Shown here: one piece after another, positions 12,261 to 26,181 of the stretch | Layout: every line of letters starts with the position of its first letter | Numbering within the stretch: the stretch's first letter is position 1 | Source of the DNA: Chiloscyllium plagiosum | Lineage: Eukaryota | DNA: 64,000 bases | Assembly (NCBI RefSeq): GCF_004010195.1 | Contig: NC_057718.1 | Coordinates: 14,783,598-14,847,597, forward strand | Direction of reading: 5' to 3' | Made by a program: the position numbers and the translations under genes | The notes under the pieces: model-generated | Database searches by the model: none | Told to the model about the DNA's origin: nothing | Seen by the model: the letters and a program-made list of their open reading frames with translations, nothing else

Positions 12261-13682
12261 GATGTTGTCATGACCAGTGTGCCCGCTGAGGGTCTGTGCA
12301 TGGTGATTGGTTTACCAACGTCAGTCACGGTACTGGCTTCTGATTCTGCAAATTACTGCCGCACAAGGAAGAATAAAGAATGAGCAGAATTGCTAGTTGT
12401 TACCCACCTCCCATTTGGCCAGCCGGGGCCTGATAGAAACTTAAATTGTTGTAAATGTACGATAAAAGGGGATCACAAAGACCTCAGGCTGATATTTTAA
12501 TAATTAAAAGACCACAAATCAAAAAAACTGAGTGCTTCTCCTTTAGTGTGCGCAGGTATTAATCAGACACTGTTCAGCACCTGTTCCTAGATCACAGTCC
12601 ATTGGTGTCCGTGTGTAATCCCACTCACCTCCAGTGAGTGATTACACAAGGGTTGTTGCATCAGAGAGGGTTGTTGTATCAAAACTATAGTTAAGGACCT
12701 TGTGGCACAGTGACAGGATCCCTAACTCTAAGCCAAAAGGTCTCAGTTCAACTCCAACTTGCCACAGAACTATGTCACAACATATCCAAACAGATTGTTG
12801 AAAAATGTGCCTTATTTTTTAAAGTTACAGATATGAAATAAATTCTAATGATCTGGTTAGCATTAGAAGTTTATGGCAGTGCATTCCCTTCAAACCTTGC
12901 CCGTACAATTGGTGCCAGCGGATGATTTCTCAGTTGGTTGATGGTTGGCAAGGTCTCCGAGAGATGGAAAATGTTGCTGCCAAGAAATGTACGCTTCAGT
13001 TAGAACTTAGATCAATTGGAATTTCCCTCTTTTCCTTTGAGCATAACCCATCGAGTTCATTTGGGAGCTGGTTCAAACTAATATAAACATTACAAACCAT
13101 TGCATCAGACAAAGACTTGAGTCTTAACTTGTGCCAGGTCCTGTTCCTGATCACCTGCGCTCACTGGCCTAGAAAGCCTTCTGATGAAGCAATGCCTTGC
13201 CTTTTTAAAATCTCAGCCTTCCAACCAAATTCCTCCACAGCCTCTCCTGCTTCCAATCTCTCCTCAGGCCTCATAACCCTTCATCTAATTCTAGCCCCCT
13301 TTGTGCTTCTCAGTTTTAACTGCCCCACCATTATCTCAACATCAAGCTCTGGAATTCCCTCTCAACCTTGGTTTCCTCCTCGGAGATGCTGTTTAAACGA
13401 TTGTATGAGGTAATGGTTCTGGAAGGGTTGATGTTCATGTTACATTAGCTCCACTCATTCTACTGATACCATACAGTTTGTGTTGGGAAATGAGAAGTTC
13501 CACTCCTAGTTTTCAACGTGAGCAGATATATCTGTATCAGCTCCCTAAAGTTCTAGCAGTTATACCTGACCAAAGTTTGTTGTATTTAACAATAAGCCTT
13601 ATCTAAGAGCAGAGCCTCTTTTGTAGATTGCAGTGGGGGTGATGATGATGAAGCCACAAACCACCAGATAGGTACCAGATGA

Positions 13683-13890
13683 ACAGAGCAGGTCAGGCAG
13701 CATCTAAGGAGCAGGAAAGTCAACGTTTTGAGCAAAAGCCCTTCATCAGGAATCAAAATTCCTGATGGAGGGCTTTTGCCCGAAACGTCGATTTTCCTGC
13801 TCCTCGGATGCTGCCTGATCTGCTGTGCTTTTCCAGCACCACTCTTATCTTGACTCTAATCTCCAGCATCTGCAGTACCCACTTCCGCCT
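13683..13890 (+). mobile_element. PLE family A fold-back (hairpin) insertion
   Basis: Inverted arms meet at CATCAGGAAT..ATTCCTGATG. Both arms carry decayed hammerhead cores. The tail ends CACTTCCGCCT. Confidence 0.8.
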
Positions 13891-14637
13891 ATAAGACGAA
13901 CCAGAGACTGTTGGGAACACATCCATTTATATATATTTATGGATTAAGAGAATTGGAAAAATGAAGACATGGGTTGCAAAGAAATTGCCATCAGACTAAG
14001 TTCACTGCCACCACTCTATCTCAAAAACCCATACCCAGTCCCATATACTGGTTGAGGTGCCAAATATCACAGGGTACCATAATGATCATCTGGAAAAATA
14101 TCACAAAATGCCTACTGCTTTGACCAAGCTTTTAGTTTGATTATCCAAATGTGGTTTGGCGTTATATTTTGCTCTAAGATACTCTGATCAAGCATCTCTA
14201 AGTACATTCTGAGATGATCATGTACTAAATAAACTGCTGCTGGTGCAAACACAGGGATAACATTCTAAAATGGTTTGTTACATTAGTCAGTAAATTGCCA
14301 CCACTTAGTACAGTGAGCACCAAGGACAGATAAATACAAAATGTATTACGTTTCACTGCAGGTAATTCAATTCATTTATGTTCACATCAAATTGCAGCAC
14401 ATTATGAATGAATGGAAAGTGATTTGAAGCATTGCCACTTTATGGTCAGTGGGGCACAGCTCACCAAGTGATGACTCGTCCGATTCAACCTCAACTAAAC
14501 CTCTCTGTCTACTTCGCCTACATGTACTGCCGAAGCCACCTCACCAAAAACTGTTCAGAAATGCAGACAGATCTGTCCCACACTGGGCGCGTCATAGAGA
14601 CTCTCTCCTTGCTCTCTCTTCACTCTTCTGTACCCTT

Positions 14638-14987
14638 CATAGAATTATAGAATCCTTACCGTGTGGAAGCAAGCCATTCAGTCCATCAGTCCACACCAAC
14701 TCTTGAAGAGCATCTGACCCAGACTCCTCACTGCCCTACTCTGTAACCTTGTATTTCCCATGGCTAATCCACCTAGCTTGCACGTCCCTGGACACTATGG
14801 GAATCTTAGAGTGGCCAGTCCACCTAACCCGCACATCTTTAGACTGTGGGAGGAAACCGGAGCACCCAGAGGAAACCCATGCAGACATGGGGGGAGTGCG
14901 CAAACTCCATACACGCAGTCATCTAAGGTTGGAATCAAACCCGGATCCCTGTTGCTTTGAGGCACCAATGCTAATCCCTGAGCCACC
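14638..14987 (-). mobile_element. HE1-type V-SINE
   Basis: GACTGTGGGAGGAAACCGGAGCACCCAGAGGAAACCCA is the V-domain reverse complement. Confidence 0.85.
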
Positions 14988-15999
14988 TGAAGGCCATCTT
15001 CAAGGCAGGACCAGGAAGAATGCCTTAGAATCAGGGCAAGGGCACCTCCGGACAGCCCTCCCAAAGACTCACTGGCTGTGAAGGTGATCTGCCCGCAATC
15101 CACAAGTAAGCAACCCGCATAAATCATGTGCATAATTACAGCAGGTATGATGAGGGAGCGCTGGGCTGCGGGAAAAGGCCATGAATGAAGCAGTAGATTC
15201 TCCTGGGGAAGTGTCCTTTCGTTCTTTTATTTGTAACAATCGTTTCTGAGCCTCCAATTAAAAAACAATTCAAGACATTTGGAAAGCCTTGACCAGCCTC
15301 CTGTACACAGCCCGTATGCATCAAATACTGGCCTTCTGTCTGGGCGGATGCAGAGCTCCTCCCTCTCCACACTGGCCACGTTCCTGCTAGGTGACCTTAA
15401 CGCTCGATTGGACAAAAGGGACAGGTGCGTGCGGATTGCCCTTCCCAAGGTAAGGTTTCCTAATCAAGCACTGGGCATTTTCCCCATTCCACCACCCACT
15501 TCATAGGAATCCACAAACAGAAACCCCTCCAGTACACAGGGAAGCAAACTGGGTTCCAATGTGGTAAAGTGCCCACGCTCTCACTAGTAAAACACCAGCA
15601 GTTGCAGGAAGAGGTCCCTGTATGTGACTGCTTCAGGTCTTCAATTGACCTAAAGGTGGATTGGCTTGAATGCCACCTTCCCTTTTGCTGGTAGGGGAAG
15701 ACAGCATTCATAGCACATGGCACTTGCCTTCCAATGTGTCCCATAAGAACTCATCAAATCATAGCCGTAAAGCCAGGCACACACCCACATGCACACAAAG
15801 ACAAACAGACCGAGGAAACAAACAAATACCAACACCAATATCCATATAAAAATATAAACAAGTACTCACAGGAGCGTATGCACAATGCACACACTCCTGG
15901 GATTGTTGCTTCGGTGCAGTTTAAAAATGTCCCACTCTATGATGCTGAGCACTTTGACTTTCAAACAGATAAAATCAAGACCAGGAACCAAAGTCCATT

Positions 16000-17110
16000 G
16001 ATCACCTGCTCAAGGCCTGGATGAGTGCAGCTCCAACAACACTCAAGAAGCTCCTGAACACCATCCAGGTAAAACAGCCTACTTAACTGGCGCCATATCT
16101 ACAATCATTCAATCCCTCCTCTACAAATGTATAGTAGAACTATCTACAAGATGCACTGCAGAAATTCACAAGGTTCCTTAGACAGCACCTTCCATACCAA
16201 TGACCACTGCCATCTAGAAGAACAAGGACAGCAGATACATGAGAAGATCAACCACCTGTAAGTTCCCCTCCATGCCGCTCACCATGCTGACCTGGAAATA
16301 TATTGCTGCTCTTTAAGTCTCACTAAGGTGTTTGGTATGTTTGCTTTTATTGGTCAATGCATCGAGTATAAAAGTTGGGAGGTCAAATTAGGGCTGTACA
16401 GGACGTTGGTTAGGCCACTTTTGGAATACTGCATGCAATTCTGGTCTCCCTGCTGTCGGAAGGATGTTATGAAACTTGAAATGGTTCAGAAAAGATTTAC
16501 AAGGATGTTACCGAGATTGGAGGGTTTGAGCCAAAGGGAGAGGCTGAACAGGCTGCGGCTATTTTCCCTGGAGCTTCAGAGGCTGAGGGGTGATCTTATA
16601 GAGGTTTATAAAATCATGAGGGGTCTTTTTCCAGGGGGGTGGGGGAGTCCAAAACTAGAGGGCATAGCTTTAAGGTGAGAGGGGAAAGATATAAAAGGGA
16701 CCTAAGGGGCAACACAGAGGGTGGCGCGTTTATGGATTGAGTTGCCAGAGGAAATGGTGGAGGCTGGTACAATTATAACATTTAAAAGGCATCTGGATGG
16801 GTATATGAATAGGAAGTTTTAGAGGGATAAGGGCCAAGTGCTGGCAAATGGGACTAGATTAAGGTAAGATATCTGGTCGGCATGGACGAGTTGGACTGAA
16901 GGGACTGTTTCCGTGCTGTACATCTCTGTGACTCTATGGCTCTAAGTTATCCTGGAATTTCCTTTCCGAACAGCGTTGGGATGTACCTATAGTAAATGGA
17001 CTGCAGTGGGTGAAGAAGGCAGCTCCCTAGAATCTTCTCAAGGGCAACTAGGGACCGGTGATAAATGCTGGCCTCGCTGGTGATACACATATTCCATCAA
17101 TGAATAAATA
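16000..17110 (+). mobile_element. LINE 3' region (L2/CR1-group), split by a HER1-type insertion
   Basis: TCTACAAGATGCACTGCAG...GGAAATATATTGC, resuming at 16945. Homologues at 21930-22440 (-), 23740-24030 (+) and 29880-30148 (-). Confidence 0.65.
16327..16942 (+). mobile_element. CR1/HER1-type LINE 3' end
   Basis: ORF LYRTLVRPLLEYCMQFWSP...RLRGDLIEVYKIM is the CR1 ORF2 C-terminus. Confidence 0.92.
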
Positions 17111-17442
17111 AGCTCAAAAACAGGCCATGTGACCCTACGCAAAGGTCAATGCTGCAAGAGAGGAAGTCTTGACAAAAGGCAAGCAATTTCAAAATTAATT
17201 ATTGCTATAGATCCAGGGAATTTTAAATCAATATTTTTTTTAAAAAATTGCTTAATTATCTTGCATGAGGAAATATTTTCTCAGGAAAACTGAACTGGCC
17301 ACACAAATGCATTGAAAGTGTCAGCAGAGCACTCACCCCAGTGCAACAATTGCAGTTAAGGTATCTCCCTCACCCTGAGGGCTTGAACGTCAGTGGTCTA
17401 GAAGTTCAGGGTCGGAAATTCATAACATATGAGAAAGGGATT

Positions 17443-17642
17443 CAAAACAAAAATAGAAATCGCTGGAAATGCTCAGCAGGACTTTCAGCATCTGTGGAGA
17501 GATCCTCAGTTCTGAGGAAGGAGCACTGGACCCACAACGTCAACTCTGGTTTCTCTCCACAGATGCTGCCAGACCAGCTGAGCGTTTCCAGCAATTTCTG
17601 TTTTTGTTTCTGATTTTCAGTATCCATAGTTCTTTCAGTTTT
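17443..17642 (+). mobile_element. PLE family B fold-back insertion
   Basis: Arms AGAAATCGCTGGAAATGCTCAGC / GCTGAGCGTTTCCAGCAATTTCT, with a decayed CTGAGGA core near the apex. Confidence 0.65.
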
Positions 17643-18383
17643 CAGAAAATGGTTTGATATCTGTATGTATGGTGAGTAGAGTAGTAAATAAGACATCAAA
17701 TCTGACAAGACCAACAGGTAATGCTGGAAGTACCCAGCAGGTTTGCAGCATCGGTGAAGATAGAGAGCCTCCCATTACGCAGGTCACACCAAAATGTTGA
17801 CTCTGTTTCTTTCCAGAGATGTTGAGCAACTCTGAAATCCACAGTATTTCATCTTTGTCCTTGATATCACCAGTTTTATTTCAGTTGGGCAGTTAACCCC
17901 TTCCAGACAGTTCTCTTCTCAGGAATGCGATTGTCATTGAGTACAAAATAAGGTTAGAAACAATTTAGAAAACATGATTTGACTTTTACTTCAGTGAAAC
18001 AGAGACATGGGGAAACCGTGCAGGGATAGAAATAAAGTTCACAATGCCACCAACCAGGAGATATTGGGAAGGGACACACTTCAGTGATGTTGTAAATGAA
18101 AATTTACAGGTCAATCTGTGCCTGACAATTTTCACAAGAACAATAATACAAGGAACAAGAAATCAAAGTTACCATATTGACATGTCTATAGGTCACCCTT
18201 GAAATCGGAACATAATTCCAATTAAACCCTCGAGGGTAATTTTAAGCATTGCCTGACTGTAATTAAATATGGTGAGGCAAGCAAAATGCCAGCAAAATTT
18301 AACACTCTTATTACTTTATAACATTTCCTCTCCAAGCTTCAAGAAAGTCTGGGTTATGCCTCAAGATCTCTGGGGGGGATTTA

Positions 18384-18665
18384 ATCATAGGATCCCTTGA
18401 GTATGGAAGCAGGCCATTCAGCCCATCGAGTCTAGACCGATCCTCCAAAGAGTATTCCATGACCACCACCCCAACTCCCCTATCCCTGTAACCCTCCATT
18501 CCCCAAAGCTAATCCACCTAATCTGCACATCTTTGGGCTGTGACAGGAAACCCACACAGAGACAGGAAAAACATACAAATTCCATAGACAGGTGCCGGTG
18601 GATGGAATCAAACCTGGGTCCCTGTCACTGTGAGGTAGCAGTGCTAACCACTGAGCCACTGTGCT
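18384..18665 (-). mobile_element. HE1-type V-SINE
   Basis: GCAGTGCTAACCACTGAGCCAC head on the minus strand. Confidence 0.85.
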
Positions 18666-18689
18666 ACTCAAATGTGGGTCAGCATGGTT

Positions 18690-19230
18690 CAGTGGTCATG
18701 CTTTTGCCCCGAATCACAAGGTTCTAGGACCACGTTGCACTGCAGAGTGTTGTGTACCAGGACCGAGCCTGGCTCTTCAGTGCAGTGGCGAAAGTGAGGA
18801 CTGCAGATGCTGGAGATCAGAGTCAAGATTAGAGTGGTGCTGGAAAAGCACAGCAGGTCAGGCAGCATCCGAGGAGCAGGAAAATCGATGTTTGTGCTGA
18901 GGGAGGGCTGTACCATCAGAGACATCGCCTCGCATCTGAGACTTGAAAACCTAGAGCCCTCACTGCCCGCTCAGATAAATGTTAAAACCTCTCTGGCACT
19001 ATTTTAAAGAACAGCAGGGGAGTTTATCCCTTATGCCTTAACAACATTTATCTCTTGATCAAAGTCATTAAAAAAGGATTATCTGGTTATGGTCGGGTGC
19101 TTGATTGTGGGGACTTGCTGACTGCAAATTGGCTGTTGTTTTTCCTACACTGTAACAGCAAGTGTCCCTCAAATGTACTTTACTGAATGTCCAATGGCAT
19201 TTAAGAGCACTGGACAAATGCAAGTCTTTC
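18690..19230 (+). mobile_element. Deu-domain SINE with a nested PLE fragment (18787-18893, minus)
   Basis: GGCACTATTTTAAAGAACAGCAGGGGAGTT core and AAATGCAAGTCTTTC tail. Confidence 0.65.
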
Positions 19231-20062
19231 CTTCTATTATCTGAACTGCCAGCTGGCTGGTGTGACATTAAGTCAAGGCCTCATTTTACCCTTCGGGTGA
19301 ACAAACATCAAAATCTCACGACACCAGAGGAAGTTTCCCGGGCTGACATTCCTCCCGTTGCTGGCGTTAGCAAAAACAAATGAACTACTCAGTCACCACA
19401 CTGGAGTTTTGCTGTGCAAAACATTAACTCATATTTCCGAAGAGGACAGCAGCCTAAAAAAATACTGTTCGGAGATGTCCTAAAGATTTGATAAGGAAAT
19501 GTATAATAGAAATTCTTTTTTTAACTTAATACCACCTAATTAGCCAGCATTAAAATTAATCTAAGCATACCACAGAACAATTCAGCTGTCCAAATAGGAT
19601 AAAAATGTCCTTGGAAAGGATTAGGAACAGTCTTGAGACAGGCTCAATAAAACTGCTTTTACACTGATTTGTGTTTTGCTTCCACACAAGGATAAGTTTG
19701 ATTCTGTGCACGGGATAAGCCAGCAGGATTTAACTGTGCAGGTGCCAAGTCGAGGCTCCTATGCAATGGCTGCTTGCAGTCCACACTAATACAATGCAAT
19801 ACAATAAGGAGCACTGGAATTATTATTAATCAAGGTTTCACTCTGGTGTTAGGTATAGACTCACATGTGTCTGTGGCCATTCCAGATAAAGGAATAAACT
19901 TTGTGCGTATATTCAACATGACTTCAGATGGGGGAATGACACCATGCTTTGCTTGAGGCACTGTCAATCCTACCCAATCGCAGTAAACCCAACAGCACTT
20001 ACTGCTCCAAAGGACATCTGATAGAGAGTCCTTGATAATACTGAACTTCAAGATTGCTGAGA

Positions 20063-20385
20063 AGAATCCCTACAGTGTGGAAGCAGGCCATTCAGCTCAT
20101 TGAGTCCACACCAACCCACTGAAGAGCATCCCACCCTTACCCAATCCCTGCATTTCCCATGGCTAACCCACCTAACCTGCATATCCCTTGACACTATGGA
20201 CAATTTAGCATGGTCAATCCGCCCAAACTTGTACACCTTTGGACTGTGGGGGGAATCCGGAGCACCCACACAGGCACTGGGAGAATGTGCATACTACACA
20301 CAAACGGTCACCTGAGGATGAAGTTGAACCCAGGTCCCTGGTGTTGTGAGACAGCACTGCTAACCACTGAACCACCATGCTGCCC
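20063..20385 (-). mobile_element. HE1-type V-SINE
   Basis: Head and V domain on the minus strand. Confidence 0.85.
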
Positions 20386-20611
20386 TACAATGATGTCAGG
20401 TACATTGATTAAGTTTCTTGTTCTGCACTTATCTGACCAAATGCAAGAATTCCAATTTCAGATTATCACAATAATCTATATCACAGGAGAAAAGGGTGCT
20501 GATTATTTCAAAACTGACTCTGATTGGTAGATTGTTGCTATGGAGAAAATAATTTGGAACTATAGGTTTTTTTTGTAAAGAAGCCAACTTATAAACAAAT
20601 CAGCACATTTG

Positions 20612-20880
20612 ATATGGTGGTGGAGGCAGGTACAATACAATATTTAAAAGGTATGAATAGGAAGGGCTCAGAGGCATATAGGCCAAATGAATAGGAAGGG
20701 TACATGAATAGGAAGGGCTCAGAGGCATATAGGCCAAATGAATAGGAAGGGTACATGAATAGGAGAGGTTTGGAGGGATATGGTCCAAACGCTGACAAAT
20801 GGGAGTCTGTCAGATTGGGATGCCTGGTTGGTGCAGAGGAGTTGGACCGAAGAGTCTGTTTCTGTGCTGTATGACTCGAT
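20612..20880 (+). mobile_element. CR1/HER1 3' end with an internal 51-bp tandem duplication
   Basis: Units at 20653-20703 and 20704-20754. Confidence 0.85.
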
Positions 20881-21929
20881 GATAATATCTCAGAGGTAAT
20901 TCTATTGAGGTATGTTGAAAGATAAATAGACAGGAAATGGGAAGGAATCTAGGTTGCTACAATTAAATTAAATCATGAGGGAAGGACAAAGGGCCAGGAG
21001 TTTAAACAGATAAAAGGTAACTTGAAGACTAATGTCAAGAATCTCTTCCAGAGACATGAGTGATAAATAATTGGATGGACCCCCATGAAGAGTGATGAAA
21101 TCGAAAACCAAAGTGGTGTATTTAGACAAACCTCAATACAACAACAGGAGAGATTGGTTGATGGACAGCTGTCCCTGGTGGATAATTTAGGAAAGGCTGT
21201 TTATCCATAAATATCTTGTGATGTTGCACCTTTCACACCTCTCCAAATGCTCTGTAGTTCTGAAATGTGCATAGCCAATTAATCACTTTCTGCAGCAGAC
21301 AGACTGTCACAGTGGCAATTTGCATATTGAATCATAGTGGAATTTTCATGACACAGAGAGACCATTCAGCCCATTGTGCCTGCTCTCTGAATGCGCAATT
21401 CACCTAATGACACTCCCCGTCTTCTCCCCATAATCTTACATATCCTTAAATTTCAGATAATCTAATTCCCTTTTGAATTCCTTATTTGAATCCACTTGGA
21501 CACCTCCCTCAGAGAATGCATTCCAGATTCTAACCACTTGCTGTGTGAGAACGTTTTGCCTCATGTCGCCTCATTGCTGTATGCCTTATGCTGTATGCCG
21601 AAAAGCTCTTGATCCACCCTTCAATGGGACAGTTTAAAGCGGCTTACTCTATCCAGACCTCTCACACCGCTTCTAACCTCCTCTCAACCTTTCTTTTCCT
21701 AAAGAAAATAACTACAACTTCTCCAGTAAGATGCTGCAAACTGCAATGAGTTCAAAATAGAACTCCAGGGCTATATGAGTATATATGGAGTAAGAACTGG
21801 ACAATGACAATGACGTAGCAGCTGCTAGAATTTCCTATTTAGCCAGTCCCCCATTCTGCAGTTCCCTGGTGCAGTGCTCAGGGTGGGGGCAGTTGGTACA
21901 TATACGTGCAGTCCTTTGTTTTTTGTTTG

Positions 21930-22440
21930 AGACAACAGTGGTGAGCGGCCTTCTTGCAGCAGTCCATTGGAAGGGAGGGTTGGGTTGGTACACCCACAGT
22001 GATAGGGAAGGAGTTGACCCAGCGACAGTGAAGGAACGGCGATATATTTCCAATTCAAGATGATGTGTGGCTTGGAAGGAAGACGCAGATGGTGCTTTTC
22101 CCATGTATCTGCTGCCCTTCTCAAGTGGAAGAGTTTGCAAGTTTGGAAGGTACTGTCAAAGGTGCCTTGGTAAGTTTCTGCAGTCTATCTTGTAGCTGGT
22201 ATACACTGCTGCCACTACGGGTTGGCTGGCAGAACAATTGAATATTTAATGTGGTGGCTGTAGTGCCAATCAAGCGGGCTGCATTGTCCTGGATGGCTTC
22301 AACCTTCTTGAGTGTTGTTGAAGCCTTATTCATCTAGGCAAGTGGGGAGTATTCCTTCACACTCCTGACTTGTGCCTTGTAGATGATGGACATGTTTTGG
22401 ACAGGCAGGAGGTAAGTTATTCATTGCAGAACTCCTAGTC
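21930..22440 (-). mobile_element. LINE 3' region (L2/CR1-group)
   Basis: Peptide LKKVEAIQDNAARLIG. Homologous to 16000-16325. Confidence 0.7.
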
Positions 22441-22489
22441 ACTGCTGTTTTGATTTCCTCACTATACAAAGCATGTAATTGTGCTCAAA

Positions 22490-22850
22490 AGACTGCGGAA
22501 GAGATTGGTGAGGATGTTGGAAGGACTGAAAATATTGCAGTCATCAAGAAGGGTTAGTTAGGCTGAGATTGTTTTCCTTGGAACAAAGGAGGCTGAGGGG
22601 AGATTTGCATGAGGTGCACATATTTGTGAGGGGCCAGGATACAGTGGACAGGAAGATCCCGTTTCTCATAGCAGAACGGTCAGTGACATGGGGTAAAGGC
22701 TTAAAATGATTAGAAGAAGCATTCGGAAAGAGAGAGGAAAATATTTTTCACCCAAAGGATGGAAGGGGTGTAGAACTCTCTGCCTGAAAGGGTAGTCAAG
22801 GTCGAAATCTTCAACTTTTTTAAAGGTATTGAGATATGTACCTGGAATCA
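22490..22850 (+). mobile_element. old CR1 3' fragment
   Basis: TTGTTTTCCTTGGAACAAAGGAGGCTGAGGGGAGATTTG encodes LFSLEQRRLRGDL. Confidence 0.75.
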
Positions 22851-22860
22851 ATCCATCAAT

Positions 22861-23178
22861 GGGTGGAATGGTGGCTCAGTGGTTAGCACTGCTGCCTCAC
22901 AGCACCAGGGTCCCAGGTTTGATTCCAGCCTTGGGCGACTGTCTGTGTTGAGTTTGCATGTTCTCTCCGTGTCTGCGTGGGTTTCCTGTAGGTGCTCTGG
23001 TTTCCTCCCACAATCCAAAGATGTGCAAGTCAGGTGAATTGGCCATGCTAAATTGCCCATAGTGTAAGGTGCATTAGTTGGAGGGGAAATGGGTATGGGT
23101 GGGTTACTCTTCGGAGGGTCGGTGTGGGCTGGTTGGGCCAAAGGACCTTTTACCACACTGTAGGTAATCTAATCTAAT
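22861..23178 (+). mobile_element. HE1-type V-SINE (AATCT-tail subtype)
   Basis: A and B boxes, V domain, and (AATCT)n end. Confidence 0.9.
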
Positions 23179-26100
23179 CATAATCTTCAGGAATATGGAC
23201 CAAGTACTGGAAAATAGGATGAAACTGATTGGGTCAGACACTATGAGCAAAGTGGTCTCTTGCAGTGATGAATGCTTCTATTTTGTTTACATATCCCAAG
23301 AAAAGGAATGTGCAGAGATGACGGGGAAGGGGCTGATGTAAATTGCCCCGTAGAAAGACCAGCATGGACATGATTGGTCAAGTGGCCTTCATCTGTACAG
23401 TGACGGTTCTATGATTGGGATTGATTGGGTCACTTGACCGGATGATAATATAGATATTAAATTTTATGATTCCTTTGGACCAACCTCAGTTTAAAAGACA
23501 ACGTGGAACAAGAATAAGGATCAAATTGCACATCTTTCAGCTCCTTTTGCTCTTATGACTTCTCATTGGACAGTTAGAGTCAACGACCCTCTCCTGAACT
23601 GATCCTGAATGAACATGGTGTGACTTAAAATGCAGGGAAGCAGATTTGGGCCCAGTTCAAATGTTTTCACATCAGGTAATATTTTATCTATCTCACAACT
23701 CGGAACAGAAAAGCTTCTTGCTTCCTTACCAGGTCAACCGTGCTCGCCAACTTCACTGGGAACTGACAATATGGCAACATTCCTTCGATAGCATCTTCCG
23801 AACCCATGACCTCCACCATCCAGCAGACACATGGTAGGATGACCAGCTGCAAGTTCCCCACACACTACTCTGACTCGGAACAATATCCTTCACTGTGTTG
23901 GGTCAAAATCCCGGAGCCCTGCCTACCTGATTGTGGCTATACACCTACCATGGACTGCAGTGGGTTGAAGAATCATGGACGGACAATTAATGGGGCCTGA
24001 GCCAGCAAGGCCAAGTCCTGGCCAAGAACAAGAAGTGACAGGACTGACAGGTCAAACATGAAAGTGTTTGACTTGTGGCCTTCTGTGATGACAGCTGAAT
24101 CAGGAATCATAGGAGCACGTATTCATTTATCGCTCCATTGTCAAAGTGTGTCTGAGCTCCCTGTTGGTCATGTTACACATACTTGTCAAATCCACCTGGT
24201 GTTCACTCTCATCTTCTGCTGTCTGTACAAAAATGGGTCAGTTGTGTGAACGATCATAGTGGACGAGGTACTTTCTGGATGCCTTGAGGTCACGAGAGGT
24301 GCCATATAAATGCAAATCGATTTTTATTTATTGAAAATCAGATATTATCATCGCTTGATCCATTATAGCAACACAAAGCTATTGCTATATTGTGCATTGC
24401 TCGATATTAATCAAATTGATTTTGAAACTAACAACTTGATGCAGACAATAGTGAAATGATTCCTTGAATCCCACGTTCTGACAACAAAATCCTAAATTTT
24501 TAACCAGAACTCCAGCTGAATCACACCGTATGAGATTTTTTTTTTATTGACCCTGGGTTAAACTCCACTAAATCAGTGTCAGTCGAAGAATGCTGAGCTG
24601 GGCTCCTTCACTCAAAGACATTTTTCACTGAGATGCTCTAAAGGCGAGGGCTTCAGTGGCTTTTTCTTATTACGACAATGCAATAGTTTATCATTTTGGC
24701 ATTAAAGCGCCAGTGCAGGCCACATTCTTCCTTTTTTCTCAAAAGAATTACTGCATAAACCTGTCTCATTACACTGAACAGCACATTACTGTACACTATC
24801 TCTCTCATTTGCCGCAGCCTTTTCTCCGAAGCCTCTTCAGTCACTGGGAAACAGAAAACAAACATGCTCTTGCAATCGGATCACCTCTCATGTCTGAACA
24901 GTAAGATACTACAAGGTGGTAGGATGATACAGAATGGGAGGAGGCCAATTGGTCTACCATCTTTGTACTAGCTTCTTTGCCCCTCACCGGCTGCAAGAAT
25001 GTTAATGGGCCCCGGGGTGTGGCTGCGGATCAGATTCCAGGTTTCAGGAACAATGAACAGTCACACACTGCACTGGTTTCCACCCACACAAACGGTGATG
25101 GTCCCACAGGAGGTGTAATGGCAGTTATACGATTCCAGGCTGCTCAGTATTTGCACTCCAACTGCCTTGGGGGGTCTAACGCTGCAAATGAGCATCCCCA
25201 TTCACAGTTACAAATGCATCTGTCAACTGGATGCTTACATCAAGCTGCAAGGTGGAACCCAGGCCAGGGGTGTTGCACCCTTTCTCCCTTTGGTATTATC
25301 AACTCAAAGGATAGGGAGCACTGGTCATGACTGACCTTGTAAGACAAGGATCACCATGGAAATCACACAACAGACAAGTCTGAGCTCCAAAGGTCCAGAG
25401 AGAGAGAGAGAGTGTGATAGAAAGAGCGCGCCTTGCTCCTAAATCTTGTAACTGCAGCTGGGATTCAAATGGGATTCGGAAGTCTCGTTCTCGATTAATT
25501 CAAATGGCATTGAGGTAGATGCCACCAGGGTTTTGGAAGCCAACCCTGTGCAGGCCAGAAGTGCCTTGAGGTGATAGTTTGTTTCCTTCAATCTAAGCAG
25601 CAGCACTTCACTACTGCAGTCTCTTAACACATATGGAAAAATGTGCAGCCAAGGTCTAGTAATTGTTAACTGATCTGTTGATCCAGTACTTGAAGGGTAT
25701 TTCTTCAGTGTTAACGTAATACTTGAGAATGAAGGACCGTTTAGGGGTTGGGACTAATTGGACAATTCTTTCCAAGAGCTAGAATTGGCACATGGGGTCG
25801 AATAACCTCTTTGCATGCTGTTTCATTCTATGAATCCACGTACAGGATAACCATTGAATTGTCTCCTTTTGCAAAGTTACTGACGTTCAGACTGGATCTG
25901 AAATTTCAGCTTGTGTCACCTAATCCTTGAACAAAACTTGATGAGACGTTGTAATCTCCTCAATGTGACTGAATGGAAACGTTCATTTTAGAAGCCAAAT
26001 CAGCCTCAGTACCCAGATCGCTGGTTTAAGAAGAAACATTCCTTTGTTGAAATTGAAAGTTTTCTTCCAAGATTGTCCCTTTCACATGTGCCAAACAAAA

Positions 26101-26181
26101 GAAGGCCACATCAGTTTGAACCTGCTTCCTATCATATACCAGTGAGCAGATCAATGAACTCTGGTACCTTCCCAGGCATCG

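Noticed and set aside
22861..22935. tRNA gene
   Set aside because: The A/B boxes belong to the HE1 SINE head and continue into the V domain. The same holds for the other copies.
25397..25411. (GA)n microsatellite
   Set aside because: Short and ordinary.
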